The notes: generated from the letters alone by a model not told the origin. Shown: positions 10,138 through 20,457, counted from the stretch's first letter. The stretch is DNA of 64,000 nucleotides from Candidatus Brocadiia bacterium JP1 (GCA_051388875.1 JBMFFR010000002.1:283940-347939), one strand, 5' to 3'. Made by a program: numbers and translations.

Positions 10138-11226
10138 TTACCTAGTTTCAATTGTTAATACAGGCAATCCCTCTTTCGTTCCTGTCTCAGAGATGGTAAA
10201 TAGCAGCACCATCATTGCAAAAGTACGTTTAGACATCAAGTCTTTATCATCAACCCAAAACCAGTGATCACGGTAAGACACGGCCACCAGGGCGTCATCC
10301 GGTGCACTTGTACTGCTGTGGATCCTAAGCAATGGTTTACCGGTCCCTTCTTTTTCGGCCCCTTCGGCAAGCGCCGGCCATGTGCGGCCTTCTTCCATAT
10401 GCTCTTTAGGCACTTCAACGTAGGAGGCCAGCTCAATCAGTATCCTCAGCACAGAGCGGGTCAGCATGGCTATCTCATTGTCAGCGCTTGGCACATTTCC
10501 ATATATTACCTTATATTCCTTTAAATCGGGCTGTACGCCCATAAGCTGACGAATTTCCTTAACGGCTGCCTTTGCCTCGGGGTCAAGTTTTCTTTCACCC
10601 ACGGCTATAAGGGTCACCTCTTTTTTATTCTCCTCTTGTCTGATAATCATCCTGATTCCACCAGCAGCCTGTAAATTACGGAGCAGTTCAGTTAACCGAT
10701 AAAATCCCGGGTGCCCCGCTCGCCACCGCCCCGCAGTGCCTGAGCGGTTGTGAAGGTTGTTGATAGAATCCACGCACAAACTCAATACAAAATCAGCTGC
10801 ATAACCTGCCTGTAGCATGAAAAGGATGGCAGCTGGTGGAATAGGGCTCATCAAGTTCTTCATGAATTGCACGCCTGTTAAGGGTGTGTAGGAGATGGTG
10901 GGTCTATCCCTGTATCTTGCCGCCCCTCCAATATTCAGCAAGCTTTCAAAAGAGGAGCTATCCGAAAGCCCAGAGAGCACCTGTGTCAGGTTTAACAGGC
11001 CTGTGCTCTCCAGGTCATAACCTGTGACTATCTGTCCCACTTCCAGGAATACAGGGAACTCCGCGTAGCGGACCTTTACCAGGTTGAGCAAGAGCTGCCT
11101 ATTCCATGAAGTACCAAGGACTCCCATGAAGTCTGTACGGTCCCGCGGGATAGTTCCTGCTCCAATATTGGTGCAGCCTGCCAACCACAAAACAACCAAT
11201 AGCGTGCAGATTTTAGAGTACCACAC
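10138..11226 (-). CDS. Lipoprotein, unknown function
   Basis: The signal peptide has a lipobox (LVVLWLAGC). I recognise no family. Confidence 0.6.
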   Translation of the reverse strand: MWYSKICTLLVVLWLAGCTNIGAGTIPRDRTDFMGVLGTSWNRQLLLNLVKVRYAEFPVFLEVGQIVTGYDLESTGLLNLTQVLSGLSDSSSFESLLNIGGAARYRDRPTISYTPLTGVQFMKNLMSPIPPAAILFMLQAGYAADFVLSLCVDSINNLHNRSGTAGRWRAGHPGFYRLTELLRNLQAAGGIRMIIRQEENKKEVTLIAVGERKLDPEAKAAVKEIRQLMGVQPDLKEYKVIYGNVPSADNEIAMLTRSVLRILIELASYVEVPKEHMEEGRTWPALAEGAEKEGTGKPLLRIHSSTSAPDDALVAVSYRDHWFWVDDKDLMSKRTFAMMVLLFTISETGTKEGLPVLTIETR

Positions 11227-11461
11227 CTCTCCTCTTACTCTACCATACAGTAGTGTTAGGCCGTAAATTAGGACAGTGTAGTATAATGCCCAACGGATTT
11301 TTTACCAGTGCCATTTGCCGGAATCTGGCCAAAGTTCCGAAATAGCCCCTTTTGCCATGAATCCTTTAGGCGGTTTAGAGCAAAGACACCGAAAATCCCT
11401 ACGTACGTCCAATGTGCCCAACGGAAGTAAGAGTGAGTTATAGTCTCAACTCCTTACACTA

Positions 11462-14400
11462 TTAGCCTATGCCTTCAAACACCTTCATATTGTTGTCTTC
11501 GTTACATTCCGAGAGTTGATTCTTGTAATCTGCTGTTACCTCCAAGGTCACGTCAGGATTATACACCCAGTAAGGTAGGTAGAAGGTAACACTTGTAGAC
11601 GCCCCGGGCGCAAGTGCCGGGGTATTGGCAGTAGCGTTGTATGGCGCGCCGGTTGGCTGCAATGTAGTTGGATCAATTACTCTGGCTATGGTGGGCCCAG
11701 CAGGTGCATCTCCAATATTTTTGATGGTGGCACTAATCACTGAACGCCTGTTTGCTTGATCCCAGACGGGTTTGTCTATATGCTCTACTATCAGATCAGG
11801 GCAACCCGTAGTTCCTGGACGCCGTGGCGACACGTACTCAACGTGTAGTGTTTCTACCTGCCCGGTTGCCCCGGCCGCCGTGTACACTGCAACAACGTCC
11901 AGTTCTACCTTGCTCTTGATAACTACAAATCCTTTCAAAAAATCGGCTCTAGTATCAGTGTGCTCAAAAATGTCCCGGTTATCTATTTCAAATGCCTCAT
12001 CTGGACCGAGTTTGGTCTTAAAGAACTGCGACACAGGACCAGGTTTTTCGCCAGGCAAGGCAATGGCAAACTTTTTCGTTAAGACAATTCCTGTGTCAGT
12101 CGGATTGTGTACATTAATAGCTGTGAAATATTTTCCCGGAGCTACTACCGTACCATCTGATTTTCCGCAAACGAATTTCACTGCATACTGAAACACTACC
12201 GATGACGTAACATCAACGTCTTTTAAGGCTTCCTTAACTGCTTTCTCGGCATTTACCCTCCCTGCACCGGTTTTATCGTCAACCCCAGGGAGATCAATGT
12301 CATCTGCCGTTTCACGTAATATCTTTTTAACTTGAGCAGGCTTCAAATCAGGGTTTGCAGAAAGTATGAGTGCCACAACACCGGCGACTTTTGGTGTTGC
12401 CGAAGAAGTGCCCCCGAAAGTAGGTGTGTAATCTGCGCGATTGGCATCAGATGGATTAAGCAGCGAACCATCGTGATACCCACCCGCTCCCTGTATATCA
12501 GTGGTATAGCTCCAGGGGCTGGGTGCGACGATGTCTGGCCCATCTCCAACATAGCTAGATCCCCAAGCAAATGACCCATCGCTGCTAGCCGCAGCTTTGT
12601 GCTCATCAGTCGGGCTAGAGGCTCCCACGCAAATCACATCAGTTGAGCCGGTGAGATTTCCAGGGAAAGCGACGTCGTATGTCCAGGGGGCGCGATCAGG
12701 GCCGTTACCTGCGGCAAAAAGAACAACCCTGCCTGCATTTAAAGCGTCGTTGATTGCTCCCGCAATATCCGCAGAGGGGGCTCCAACCCAACCCCATGAG
12801 TTGCTCAAGACGTCTGCGTCGTGGGCAACAGCCACATCTATCGCATTTGCAATTTCAGTGTAGTTACCTCCCATATATACGGGTATGATTTTCACACCGG
12901 GGGCAGTGCCTATAACACCGAGGGAATTATTTCTTTTAGCTCCCACATTACCGGCACAGGCTGTGCCATGAGACCCTCGGGGACCGCCTCCAGTTGTTCC
13001 GTCAGGGTCATAACCCGCAACCAGGTTGAGGTCTGGGTGTGTTAAATCCACCCCAGAATCTACAACAGCGACGACCACATCAGGGGAGACAGAAACAAGG
13101 TCCCATGCTTCGGGCACATTCATGTCGTTACTGTCGCCACCAAGTCCAGCAATTTGTCCGGCATTTTTCATCTCGTAAAGCCGTGCGCTGTACGTATCAT
13201 TTCCCAAAGGTTCTGTGTCTACATCCGCCGTGCCGACTATTCTGACCTGGTCAATATAAAGTCCCTCTTGAGTTCTGCTACTGTCACTGCGGAAAACAAA
13301 TCTGACACGTACCCCATCCTGACGCAAGGCTGGCGGAACCCGAACCAGCGCTCGCCGCCAACCACGGTCTGTAGTAGGATCGCTTGTTAAGTCACCAGTA
13401 TAGCAAACTGCCAGGGCACTCATGTACGCTGTAGTATCTGACACGGGGTTGTAAATTCCCACAACACCGCGATCAGGAACAGTACAGGAAGCGGGGGCGG
13501 TAGCCTCATATCTGGCGTAGAACCAGAGCTCTATATACACCTCTTCGTATGAAGCCAGATTCAACGTCGGTGTATCTAGCCAGCTGAAAGAATTGTTTGG
13601 ATAATCACCAGGAGCCGGAACACCCTGAGCACCTCCACCTGTGGCATAGATACTCTGACTGCCTGCATGACTTCTATAGTTGGTCACACTCCAAAAGGCA
13701 TCGGCGTTCGTGTTCCCCATCCTTCCGGTTGACCAGCCAGACGGAATAGCCGTTCCTTCAAAACTCTCATTAACCAAGACTGTCCAGGTGACTGGGGAGT
13801 TTCTCGTTGGCGTCGGGTTTCCACCTCCCTCCCCACCCTGGAATTCTATGGCTGAATTTCCGCCAGGTAGCATGGGAACAAGTGGCTCACGAAGCAGCAC
13901 CACAATGTGGTTGGGCTCTGCAAAATCAATTTCATTCTGTTTAGCTAGAAACTGGCATACCTGGTAGACTCGGCCATTTGATGGGTTGCCTATTCTCAAT
14001 ATATAAGTATTTTTGCGGTGTTCTTTAACCTCAACAATTCCTTGAGTGTCCCGGTAACGATCAAAATAGCTACGCGCTTGTGAAAGAGTCAAAGCCTCCT
14101 TGAATCCCACTATAATCTCGTTATGGGGGATCAACAGCGCCTGGCCCTGTTCAAAAACTGGCTGGATCTCTTCACCGACTGTTGGTGCAAAATGTTCTAA
14201 TTGCTGGCGCAGATCCATTCGCCTTTCAGTCTTACTTGTGGGGGCTTTGACTCTATAAAGACCAAGTTTGCGGTCCTTTAGTTGATCTATGTCACTTAAA
14301 GGGTCTCGCTCTAAACTCTGAGCTCTGGCAAAAGTACTGAAAGTGGCCCCGGTCTCAGTTACTCCTGTTTCACTTGCTACCATTAGTTCTTCACTTGGGG

Positions 14401-14668
14401 TAAGGGGAATGAATTGTCCCGTATAATAGTAGCCATATTTGAAGCTTTCTGGTGTAGTTGGCTCTGGTTGAGGTTGTGCGCTACTATAGCCAACTGGTAA
14501 TATAGCAAAGTAAAACACAATTGCTAGCAAGAGCCATGTGTACCATCGTTTAGTCTTGAATTCTCTTCTTTTTTCAGCGGTGTACGTTTGGTCCTTTATT
14601 CTGAATATTTTCAGGAAAGAGATTTTCATTGTCTTAAAAGTCATACCAGGATTAACGCTATGATTCAT
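11462..14668 (-). CDS. Multidomain secreted subtilisin-like serine protease (peptidase S8)
   Basis: The catalytic triad motifs are VAVVDSGVD (Asp), HGTACAG (His) and GGTSSATPKVAG (Ser). It also has an I9-like propeptide (IIVGFKE...AEPNH), a MAM/lectin-like insert and a C-terminal CARDB-like domain. I start it at 14668 (MNHSV) because AAGGAGG lies about 7 nt upstream. The ORF-track extension to 14896 overlaps transposase-remnant DNA. Confidence 0.9.
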   Translation of the reverse strand: MNHSVNPGMTFKTMKISFLKIFRIKDQTYTAEKRREFKTKRWYTWLLLAIVFYFAILPVGYSSAQPQPEPTTPESFKYGYYYTGQFIPLTPSEELMVASETGVTETGATFSTFARAQSLERDPLSDIDQLKDRKLGLYRVKAPTSKTERRMDLRQQLEHFAPTVGEEIQPVFEQGQALLIPHNEIIVGFKEALTLSQARSYFDRYRDTQGIVEVKEHRKNTYILRIGNPSNGRVYQVCQFLAKQNEIDFAEPNHIVVLLREPLVPMLPGGNSAIEFQGGEGGGNPTPTRNSPVTWTVLVNESFEGTAIPSGWSTGRMGNTNADAFWSVTNYRSHAGSQSIYATGGGAQGVPAPGDYPNNSFSWLDTPTLNLASYEEVYIELWFYARYEATAPASCTVPDRGVVGIYNPVSDTTAYMSALAVCYTGDLTSDPTTDRGWRRALVRVPPALRQDGVRVRFVFRSDSSRTQEGLYIDQVRIVGTADVDTEPLGNDTYSARLYEMKNAGQIAGLGGDSNDMNVPEAWDLVSVSPDVVVAVVDSGVDLTHPDLNLVAGYDPDGTTGGGPRGSHGTACAGNVGAKRNNSLGVIGTAPGVKIIPVYMGGNYTEIANAIDVAVAHDADVLSNSWGWVGAPSADIAGAINDALNAGRVVLFAAGNGPDRAPWTYDVAFPGNLTGSTDVICVGASSPTDEHKAAASSDGSFAWGSSYVGDGPDIVAPSPWSYTTDIQGAGGYHDGSLLNPSDANRADYTPTFGGTSSATPKVAGVVALILSANPDLKPAQVKKILRETADDIDLPGVDDKTGAGRVNAEKAVKEALKDVDVTSSVVFQYAVKFVCGKSDGTVVAPGKYFTAINVHNPTDTGIVLTKKFAIALPGEKPGPVSQFFKTKLGPDEAFEIDNRDIFEHTDTRADFLKGFVVIKSKVELDVVAVYTAAGATGQVETLHVEYVSPRRPGTTGCPDLIVEHIDKPVWDQANRRSVISATIKNIGDAPAGPTIARVIDPTTLQPTGAPYNATANTPALAPGASTSVTFYLPYWVYNPDVTLEVTADYKNQLSECNEDNNMKVFEGIG

Positions 14669-14814
14669 GTTATTGTCCTCCTTTTTGTTATCTCGTCCTG
14701 ATGATTTGAGTATTTTTAAGGCAAATATATCCCCATGTTGCCCTAAAATCCCAGTAGTAAAAGTATACCACCACATACGGCCATTTTCCATGAGACCCCT
14801 GGGTTTCTTAGTGG

Positions 14815-15050
14815 GGAGTGTGCGATGGAAGGACGTCCCCTTGGATGAGTTTATCCGCCAGGGTGCGAGGTACATGTTACAGGTGGCCCTGGTCAACCGG
14901 GAGAGCTATACTAGCTGGCTGTGCTTTCTTGAGGACATGATACATAGGGGTCTAAGAGAATCCCCGCTCACAGTATCTGATGGAAATGCTGGCCTGAGGA
15001 AGGCCGCCAGAGAGGTCTTTCCCAATGCCTATAGACAGTTTGAAGGATAC
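14815..15050 (+). pseudogene. IS256/Mutator-family transposase remnant (internally deleted and truncated)
   Basis: The translation DEFIRQGARYMLQVAL joins directly to SWLCFLEDMIHRGLRESPLTVSDGNAGLRKAAREVFPNAYRQ. These match the N-terminal and mid-region signatures of IS256-type transposases. The ~180 aa normally between them and the C-terminal half are missing. Confidence 0.7.
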
Positions 15051-15075
15051 ATCCTGCTGCACCATTTATCATTTG

Positions 15076-15300
15076 TGGTGCGTTTCACGCACCCTAGATT
15101 GTTACAGCATTAAATTATGGAGTCCATTGATCGTGTCAATGGGCATCTTTCTCTAAATCAATTTCCAGCCACACGGTGGCCGGACTCCACAACCTATTTT
15201 GTAGGGACAGGGTTTTAACCCTATCCGCTCTATTGGACAGACCAAAAGGGCTGTCCCTACATGCTTCTCCCCTCTAGAAAGAGGGGACTAAGGGGTGTGT
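15076..15300. repeat. Cluster of dispersed hairpin repeats (families B, C, A)
   Basis: GTGGTGCGTTTCACGCACCCTAG lies at 15076-15098. GTAGGGACAG...CTGTCCCTAC lies at 15201-15260. CCCCTCTAGAAAGAGGGG..AAGGGGTGTGT lies at 15270-15300. All three recur elsewhere in the window (20650, 22816, 22940; 47732-47836; 47657-47690). Confidence 0.8.
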
Positions 15301-15444
15301 ACTTTAGATAAACAGTGCGTTGCATATACCCTGTGACACTCTTATCCTTGAGTGAAGCGAAGAAACAGGACGGTTTTATATAACAGTTGTGACTGTCGGA
15401 TTGGATTTAAACTAAGGCAGAGGATATTTTTTAGCACAAAACTA

Positions 15445-16050
15445 TTATGGATTAAGAATTTCTCCAGTGCGGAGATCGTAACACCCAAACGATGATTCTC
15501 CAGGTACTTCAGCGATGCAGTCTACAGGGATTATTATTTTTGTGGTCGCACTTTCATGAGCAATATCCGAGTACTTTCCTCTATAAGATAACTTTTGCGT
15601 CCTGGGGTCGTAAAATACACCCTCTACCAAAAACTCTTTATTATTGTCAAGTACCGCAAGTCCCTTTGAACCCGGTAAAAGAATTTGCACCAAATCTTCT
15701 CTAATTATTCCAATCTCCTCCCCGCTTGTTATACCAAGTTCTTTTGGGGGTTTTTTAGATTCTTCTATTAGCTCTTCTAAGGCTTGAATAGTCTCTACGT
15801 TGGCGCTCACACCAGCATCAAGAGAACAAACCTCTTTTGCTTTCTCAAAAGCGGCTTTTAACACATAAGGATCCATTAATTTACTTGTCAGCCTAAGACT
15901 GCCGTATGTTTGATCATAAATTGAGACAAATTTTGTATCCTTTGCTATTGATATTGAGTCACGAGGTGCTCTATGTTTATCAATTCCAAAACTTATGTCT
16001 CTCCTTTCAATGGACAATAGCCCATTTATTTTCGGATAGGAAAGCGTCAA
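15445..16050 (-). CDS. Hypothetical protein; possibly a 5'-truncated gene remnant
   Basis: The 201-aa ORF has only a TTG start and no SD. The segment VSIYDQTYGSLRLTSKL loosely resembles the post-zinc-finger part of DUF1998 helicase-associated domains. It sits beside transposase and repeat debris. Confidence 0.35.
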   Translation of the reverse strand: MTLSYPKINGLLSIERRDISFGIDKHRAPRDSISIAKDTKFVSIYDQTYGSLRLTSKLMDPYVLKAAFEKAKEVCSLDAGVSANVETIQALEELIEESKKPPKELGITSGEEIGIIREDLVQILLPGSKGLAVLDNNKEFLVEGVFYDPRTQKLSYRGKYSDIAHESATTKIIIPVDCIAEVPGESSFGCYDLRTGEILNP

Positions 16051-16180
16051 GGTTCATTTTTGCCTCCTTTTTCCAGTTCTTGCTGAAATAAGGATTGAAT
16101 CTTCTTAACTACTATTTGGGAATTGGCATAATTTGAAACTACACCCTACATTCTTTATCCTCAAGAGGTGAAGCGCCAGC

Positions 16181-17731
16181 TTATCCATCTCCCTTAACTT
16201 TATCAGTAGCATTAATAAACCTGTACGGATGTTTTGTATCTTCAAATATATACACGTCGTCGCTTAGGGGTTCGTAGTTTGTGCCGAAGTATAGATTAAG
16301 AATTAACCGGAAAGTGTTTACCGGGGTGATAGAGGGGTACATACCGGTTTTGTCAACATCGGGCAGATAATACGTGTTAAGGATTTCCATATGTGATTTA
16401 AGCGCTTCTTTGCTTAAAGCCCTCCAATCTACCTCATGCCCTTCCTTTCCCTTAAATTCTTCATGCAAATAAGGACCCTCATCCGATTGTAAGATGATAA
16501 TCGGTGGGCGTTCTGAGTTGGATAAAATCCTGTCAATCACCCGCATCATCTTTTTGTTAGCAAAGATTAACTGATTCAAGTAAAGCTCTTTGGCGTGTTT
16601 ACTTTCTTGTTCCTGTTTTGTTATCGCCTCCCCATTTGGGCCAAAAACAAACGGCTCATGGGGGGTGAGCAGGTGGGCAAACACAAACTTGGGCCCCTTA
16701 ACGCCGGGCATCTCCATCAACTTCTCAAACTGATACAAGACCTCTTCTCTATATCTTTTACACTGGAACTCATAATAGGGAATGTACTCTGTCTTGGTTA
16801 AGATGGGATAAATTACCGTGCTTTGCAGTAAGACTAACAGAAATTGGTTGGAACTTGCCGAGTTAAAATTAATATTTGCGCATCTATTTGTCCTTGTCGG
16901 CTTCCACCAGGAGCCTATGTTGATAAATTTGTACCCTTTAGATTTCAGAAAACGCACCACCTCGTTATCCTCCACGATCTCATAAACAACCATCTTGTCG
17001 GAGGCGTCATTTCCTACTAAGTCTGTCAAGTAAGTGAGGTGTTTCATGTTGAGGGAAGAGGCCAATGCCAGAAAAGTCTGTGGATAGTTAGTTTGGCTCT
17101 GCCGGGCAACGTAAAAGTGTTTGCTTGTTAGATACTCAGCAAATTCATCATTATCAAAATTAAAGAGCTCTTTGAGTGTGCCAAAGCTTGCATATCTATC
17201 AAGAATTATATAGTAGATGTCTGGGAAGGAGTTACTGGCTGGATTAGCCTCTGCGGTTTGTGCAATTCTGTCGCTTTTCTTGGCACGCAATTCTCGTTTA
17301 AGTTCATAAATACCAATATTAACCAGATTAATCACAACTAAAAAAGATGCCACAAGATTCAACACTGTTGTTAGATTATAGAGCGCTCGCTTTGACTTTA
17401 TGGAGAGGTAAAGGCAGGTAAAGAGGACGCTCCACCCAAGCAGGAGGGCTATGTGATGGCCCAGAGAAAGGGTCTTCAGGTTATAGAAATGTCCGTAAGA
17501 GAAAAACCACAATAAAAAAAGTGTAGCACCAAGCCCCGCTTTCACATCATCTTTTGTTAGGAAAGTTAACACAGACCACAAATAGAGGGTGAATAGTAGC
17601 GTAACACCCGCTGGCACAATAACTTCGTCCAATGATACCAGTTCTACGTTATGCGAAAACAGAAAAACAGTGAAGAATATACTAAATAGAAAGGGATGAA
17701 TAACGGTTAATTTCTTTGCATTTTCATTCAT
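16181..17731 (-). CDS. Membrane-anchored sulfatase-like (alkaline-phosphatase superfamily) hydrolase/transferase
   Basis: About 5 N-terminal TM helices are followed by a soluble domain (IYYIILDRY..., LTPHEPFVF, IILQSDEGP). The architecture resembles the LTA-synthase / phosphoethanolamine-transferase type. Confidence 0.6.
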   Translation of the reverse strand: MNENAKKLTVIHPFLFSIFFTVFLFSHNVELVSLDEVIVPAGVTLLFTLYLWSVLTFLTKDDVKAGLGATLFLLWFFSYGHFYNLKTLSLGHHIALLLGWSVLFTCLYLSIKSKRALYNLTTVLNLVASFLVVINLVNIGIYELKRELRAKKSDRIAQTAEANPASNSFPDIYYIILDRYASFGTLKELFNFDNDEFAEYLTSKHFYVARQSQTNYPQTFLALASSLNMKHLTYLTDLVGNDASDKMVVYEIVEDNEVVRFLKSKGYKFINIGSWWKPTRTNRCANINFNSASSNQFLLVLLQSTVIYPILTKTEYIPYYEFQCKRYREEVLYQFEKLMEMPGVKGPKFVFAHLLTPHEPFVFGPNGEAITKQEQESKHAKELYLNQLIFANKKMMRVIDRILSNSERPPIIILQSDEGPYLHEEFKGKEGHEVDWRALSKEALKSHMEILNTYYLPDVDKTGMYPSITPVNTFRLILNLYFGTNYEPLSDDVYIFEDTKHPYRFINATDKVKGDG

Positions 17732-17738
17732 TTTTCAA

Positions 17739-19112
17739 TCATTTTTTCCACATGCAATATAGGATTCTCTCAGAATCCATGAGTTTTGTAGAGGTTTGTA
17801 TCTCAAAATTCCTGCCAAAATGAGTCTCAAAAACTTGTTGCGTATAATCAGGGAAGATGTCCTCTCTGGTGGATAATAGCCGCTGAACCTGCGAGTCACT
17901 CTTTGGAACAAATTCTATAATAAGTGAGTTAGAAATATTGCTAAAGAAGGAGGCTATCCTGTCCATCGGCAGATTGTTGGATATGGCCAGATGATGGATT
18001 AAGCCCAGGGCAAGGGCCGTATCTGCTGGGCCACGCTCCCATAGGGACATCCTTTCCTGATTCTCCCAGCCAATAGGGGGGCTGGGGTTTGTCAGGTCTA
18101 GCAGGAGAGGGAGGATGTTAGTTTCCTTCTTCTCTAGGCACTCCAGATAGTTTTTCTCAACCGTTGCAGGGTCCATGTCAAAGGATAGCGTGGGTATCCC
18201 TTTATTACTGGCGATACGGCTAAATATGCCTGTATTTGCCCCTAAATCCCATACGTTCCTTGGTTTAAGCCTGCTTATAAATTCCTCCACAAGCTGTTTT
18301 TTATGTTGAAAGGCAGCAAGTGAGTAGTTACTCACTTCATAATAGTTAATCCACTCGGTGCCGCGAGGCTCCCACTTCAGCCTCAGGATGGTTGACTCCA
18401 GGCTATCAATGAGGGCTAGTAAACCAGTACGGGACACTTTATGTTTGGGTATAGTGGTAGGCTTCCCTGCGAAACACTTCTGGCTCTTAGCATGAAGATG
18501 GATATGAGAAATCATAGAAAAACGTAGAAAGGTGCTTATTGGGAGGAGCGCACTTGCTAAATCCAGTGGAATGCCATCTATGTGAATCCGCAGTAATTGA
18601 TTCAGTCGTACGTCTGTATAACTCATAAGCGCCAGGGGTGCTACGAAATGCTGACAAAACTGCCTGTAGGCTACCCAAGGCGTTCCCTCGCGGTATTTTT
18701 CAAACGAAAGTGTATCAATAAGTACTGGCCTTCCACGCAAAAATTGTATGTTATAAGCGCTGCCATCCTTCAAGGTCATCCCCGAGTTGAGGGCTATCTT
18801 CTGAATTTTAAGGAGCGTTAGGGCTGCATCTTTAAGCTGGCTGAAACACCACTCGTATGGGTACGACACGAAAGGGATTAATTCAGGCTTGAGTATCTTA
18901 TATGCATTAGCAGGGATAGAGTCGTTTGCCGTAACTTCCTCGTGAGAGACCAGCAGTCCAGAGTCAACGAGGGTTTTATAGAGGCCAGAGTTAATCAGGA
19001 GGGTGTAATTATCTTTGTAAGCTTGGTTTACATGGCGGTAAATTAAGCCATCTTCAGAGAATAAAAACCCACTCGGGTCTCTAAACGATCCTGGGATTTT
19101 CTCCTTGAGCAA
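17739..19112 (-). CDS. Class I SAM-dependent methyltransferase with an N-terminal domain of unknown function
   Basis: The SAM motif I is VWDLGANTGIFS, followed by an acidic loop (SFDMD). Confidence 0.7.
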   Translation of the reverse strand: MLKEKIPGSFRDPSGFLFSEDGLIYRHVNQAYKDNYTLLINSGLYKTLVDSGLLVSHEEVTANDSIPANAYKILKPELIPFVSYPYEWCFSQLKDAALTLLKIQKIALNSGMTLKDGSAYNIQFLRGRPVLIDTLSFEKYREGTPWVAYRQFCQHFVAPLALMSYTDVRLNQLLRIHIDGIPLDLASALLPISTFLRFSMISHIHLHAKSQKCFAGKPTTIPKHKVSRTGLLALIDSLESTILRLKWEPRGTEWINYYEVSNYSLAAFQHKKQLVEEFISRLKPRNVWDLGANTGIFSRIASNKGIPTLSFDMDPATVEKNYLECLEKKETNILPLLLDLTNPSPPIGWENQERMSLWERGPADTALALGLIHHLAISNNLPMDRIASFFSNISNSLIIEFVPKSDSQVQRLLSTREDIFPDYTQQVFETHFGRNFEIQTSTKLMDSERILYCMWKK

Positions 19113-19114
19113 GA

Positions 19115-19330
19115 TTATTTTCCTCTGGAGAAGAAGTTCCTAAAGAGGTCCTTAATGTTGCCCCAGAAGACCTTGACTGCGTAAAGTGACCCTAGCAGGG
19201 CGGCCATGAGGATCTGAAATATATAACTGCCTGTACCTGGGTCTATATAGGCGTGGGCATCTTTTGGAAAGACAAAATACGTTGCTACCATCAAAATCAT
19301 AAACCCTTGTAAATACTTAAGATGCTTCAT
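19115..19330 (-). CDS. Small membrane peptide (71 aa)
   Basis: It has a signal/TM segment, a YIDPGTGSYIFQ motif and a second TM. It is the first gene of an apparent three-gene operon (19330 to 16181) with 2-7 nt gaps. Confidence 0.5.
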   Translation of the reverse strand: MKHLKYLQGFMILMVATYFVFPKDAHAYIDPGTGSYIFQILMAALLGSLYAVKVFWGNIKDLFRNFFSRGK

Positions 19331-19761
19331 GGTGACCCTCCGCTAATGGGACCTTTAAGGCGGTCTAATAAATAGGCCAATAATGCATTAAACACCAATA
19401 TTAACCCATTATAAGTAAATAAATTTATCTATGTGTGTAAATTATACCATAGTATTTAAAAAAGTCAATTCTTTTGGATATTCTTTGTGTGGTTTTATCG
19501 GAGGGATATTTACTTCTTTGCTTAAATAAACCGTATAATTATTTCCAGAGTTTTCCCGATAAGGTCTCTTTGTCTCAAACTTGATTACAGGAAATTTGAG
19601 CCTTGACCCTGTGGGCATATTAGGCTTTACTTTTTAGGCACTTTTGAATAATATTTGATTCTGAAATTAGAGAAGAGGTTCTAAAGGTAGCCGGGAAAAG
19701 GCATGTTTGTGCCTAACTGCATTGCCAGAAATAGCACAAGTTTAAAATAAAGGATACAAAA

Positions 19762-20457
19762 ATGAAAACTATTAAGATAGGAGAGATTATTTTTGGTGTG
19801 ATGATGTGTTTAATGGTGGTTACGGGCTGTGCTACTACGCAAGATAAAATGACTCATGTGGGCTTTTTGTCGGATTACTCAGGCTTTGAGCGGGGTCCGG
19901 CCGGGGGCGCCAACTGGCGCTATATTAACAAAAATGTAGATTTTAAGAAGTACAACAAGATTTTGATGGAGCATGTGGCGTTCTATTTCGCTGACCAGTC
20001 AAAATACAAGGGCATCCACCCCGATGAGCTGAACAAACTGGCAGACGAATTCCATAAGTATATGGTGGAGGCTGTTGGTGATGCGTATCCCTTCGTGGAT
20101 GAACCTGGTCCGGATGTAATACGGATTCGCGTAGCCATCACGGATTTGGTAGCGAACAAGCCGGTAATGGGGTCCGTCACGGCTATCACGCCGATGGGTG
20201 CTGTTATGGGTGCCGTGAAGGAAGGGGTAACAGGGGTAAACACCTTTGTGGGCCAAGCGGCTATTGAGGCGGAGTTGCTAGATTCGCAGACCAATGAACG
20301 ACTTGCTGCCGTAATAGACAGGAGGGTGGGTAAGAAGTATGAGCAATACTTTGAAGGTATGCAGAAGTGGGGGCACGTGGAAGAGGCATTTAAATGGTGG
20401 GCCAGACGCCTCCGCGATTGGTTAGACGAAGCCCACAGTGGCAAAAGCCCATTGTAA
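19762..20457 (+). CDS. Lipoprotein, DUF3313-like
   Basis: It has a lipobox (MVVTGC), and FLSDYSGF plus the overall length recall DUF3313 lipoproteins. This is from memory only. Confidence 0.5.
   Translation: MKTIKIGEIIFGVMMCLMVVTGCATTQDKMTHVGFLSDYSGFERGPAGGANWRYINKNVDFKKYNKILMEHVAFYFADQSKYKGIHPDELNKLADEFHKYMVEAVGDAYPFVDEPGPDVIRIRVAITDLVANKPVMGSVTAITPMGAVMGAVKEGVTGVNTFVGQAAIEAELLDSQTNERLAAVIDRRVGKKYEQYFEGMQKWGHVEEAFKWWARRLRDWLDEAHSGKSPL

Noticed and set aside
14669-14896. The 76-codon N-terminal extension of the S8 protease ORF in the ORF track
   Set aside because: AAGGAGG lies ~7 nt upstream of the internal ATG at 14668. The extension has no signal peptide and overlaps transposase-remnant DNA on the other strand.
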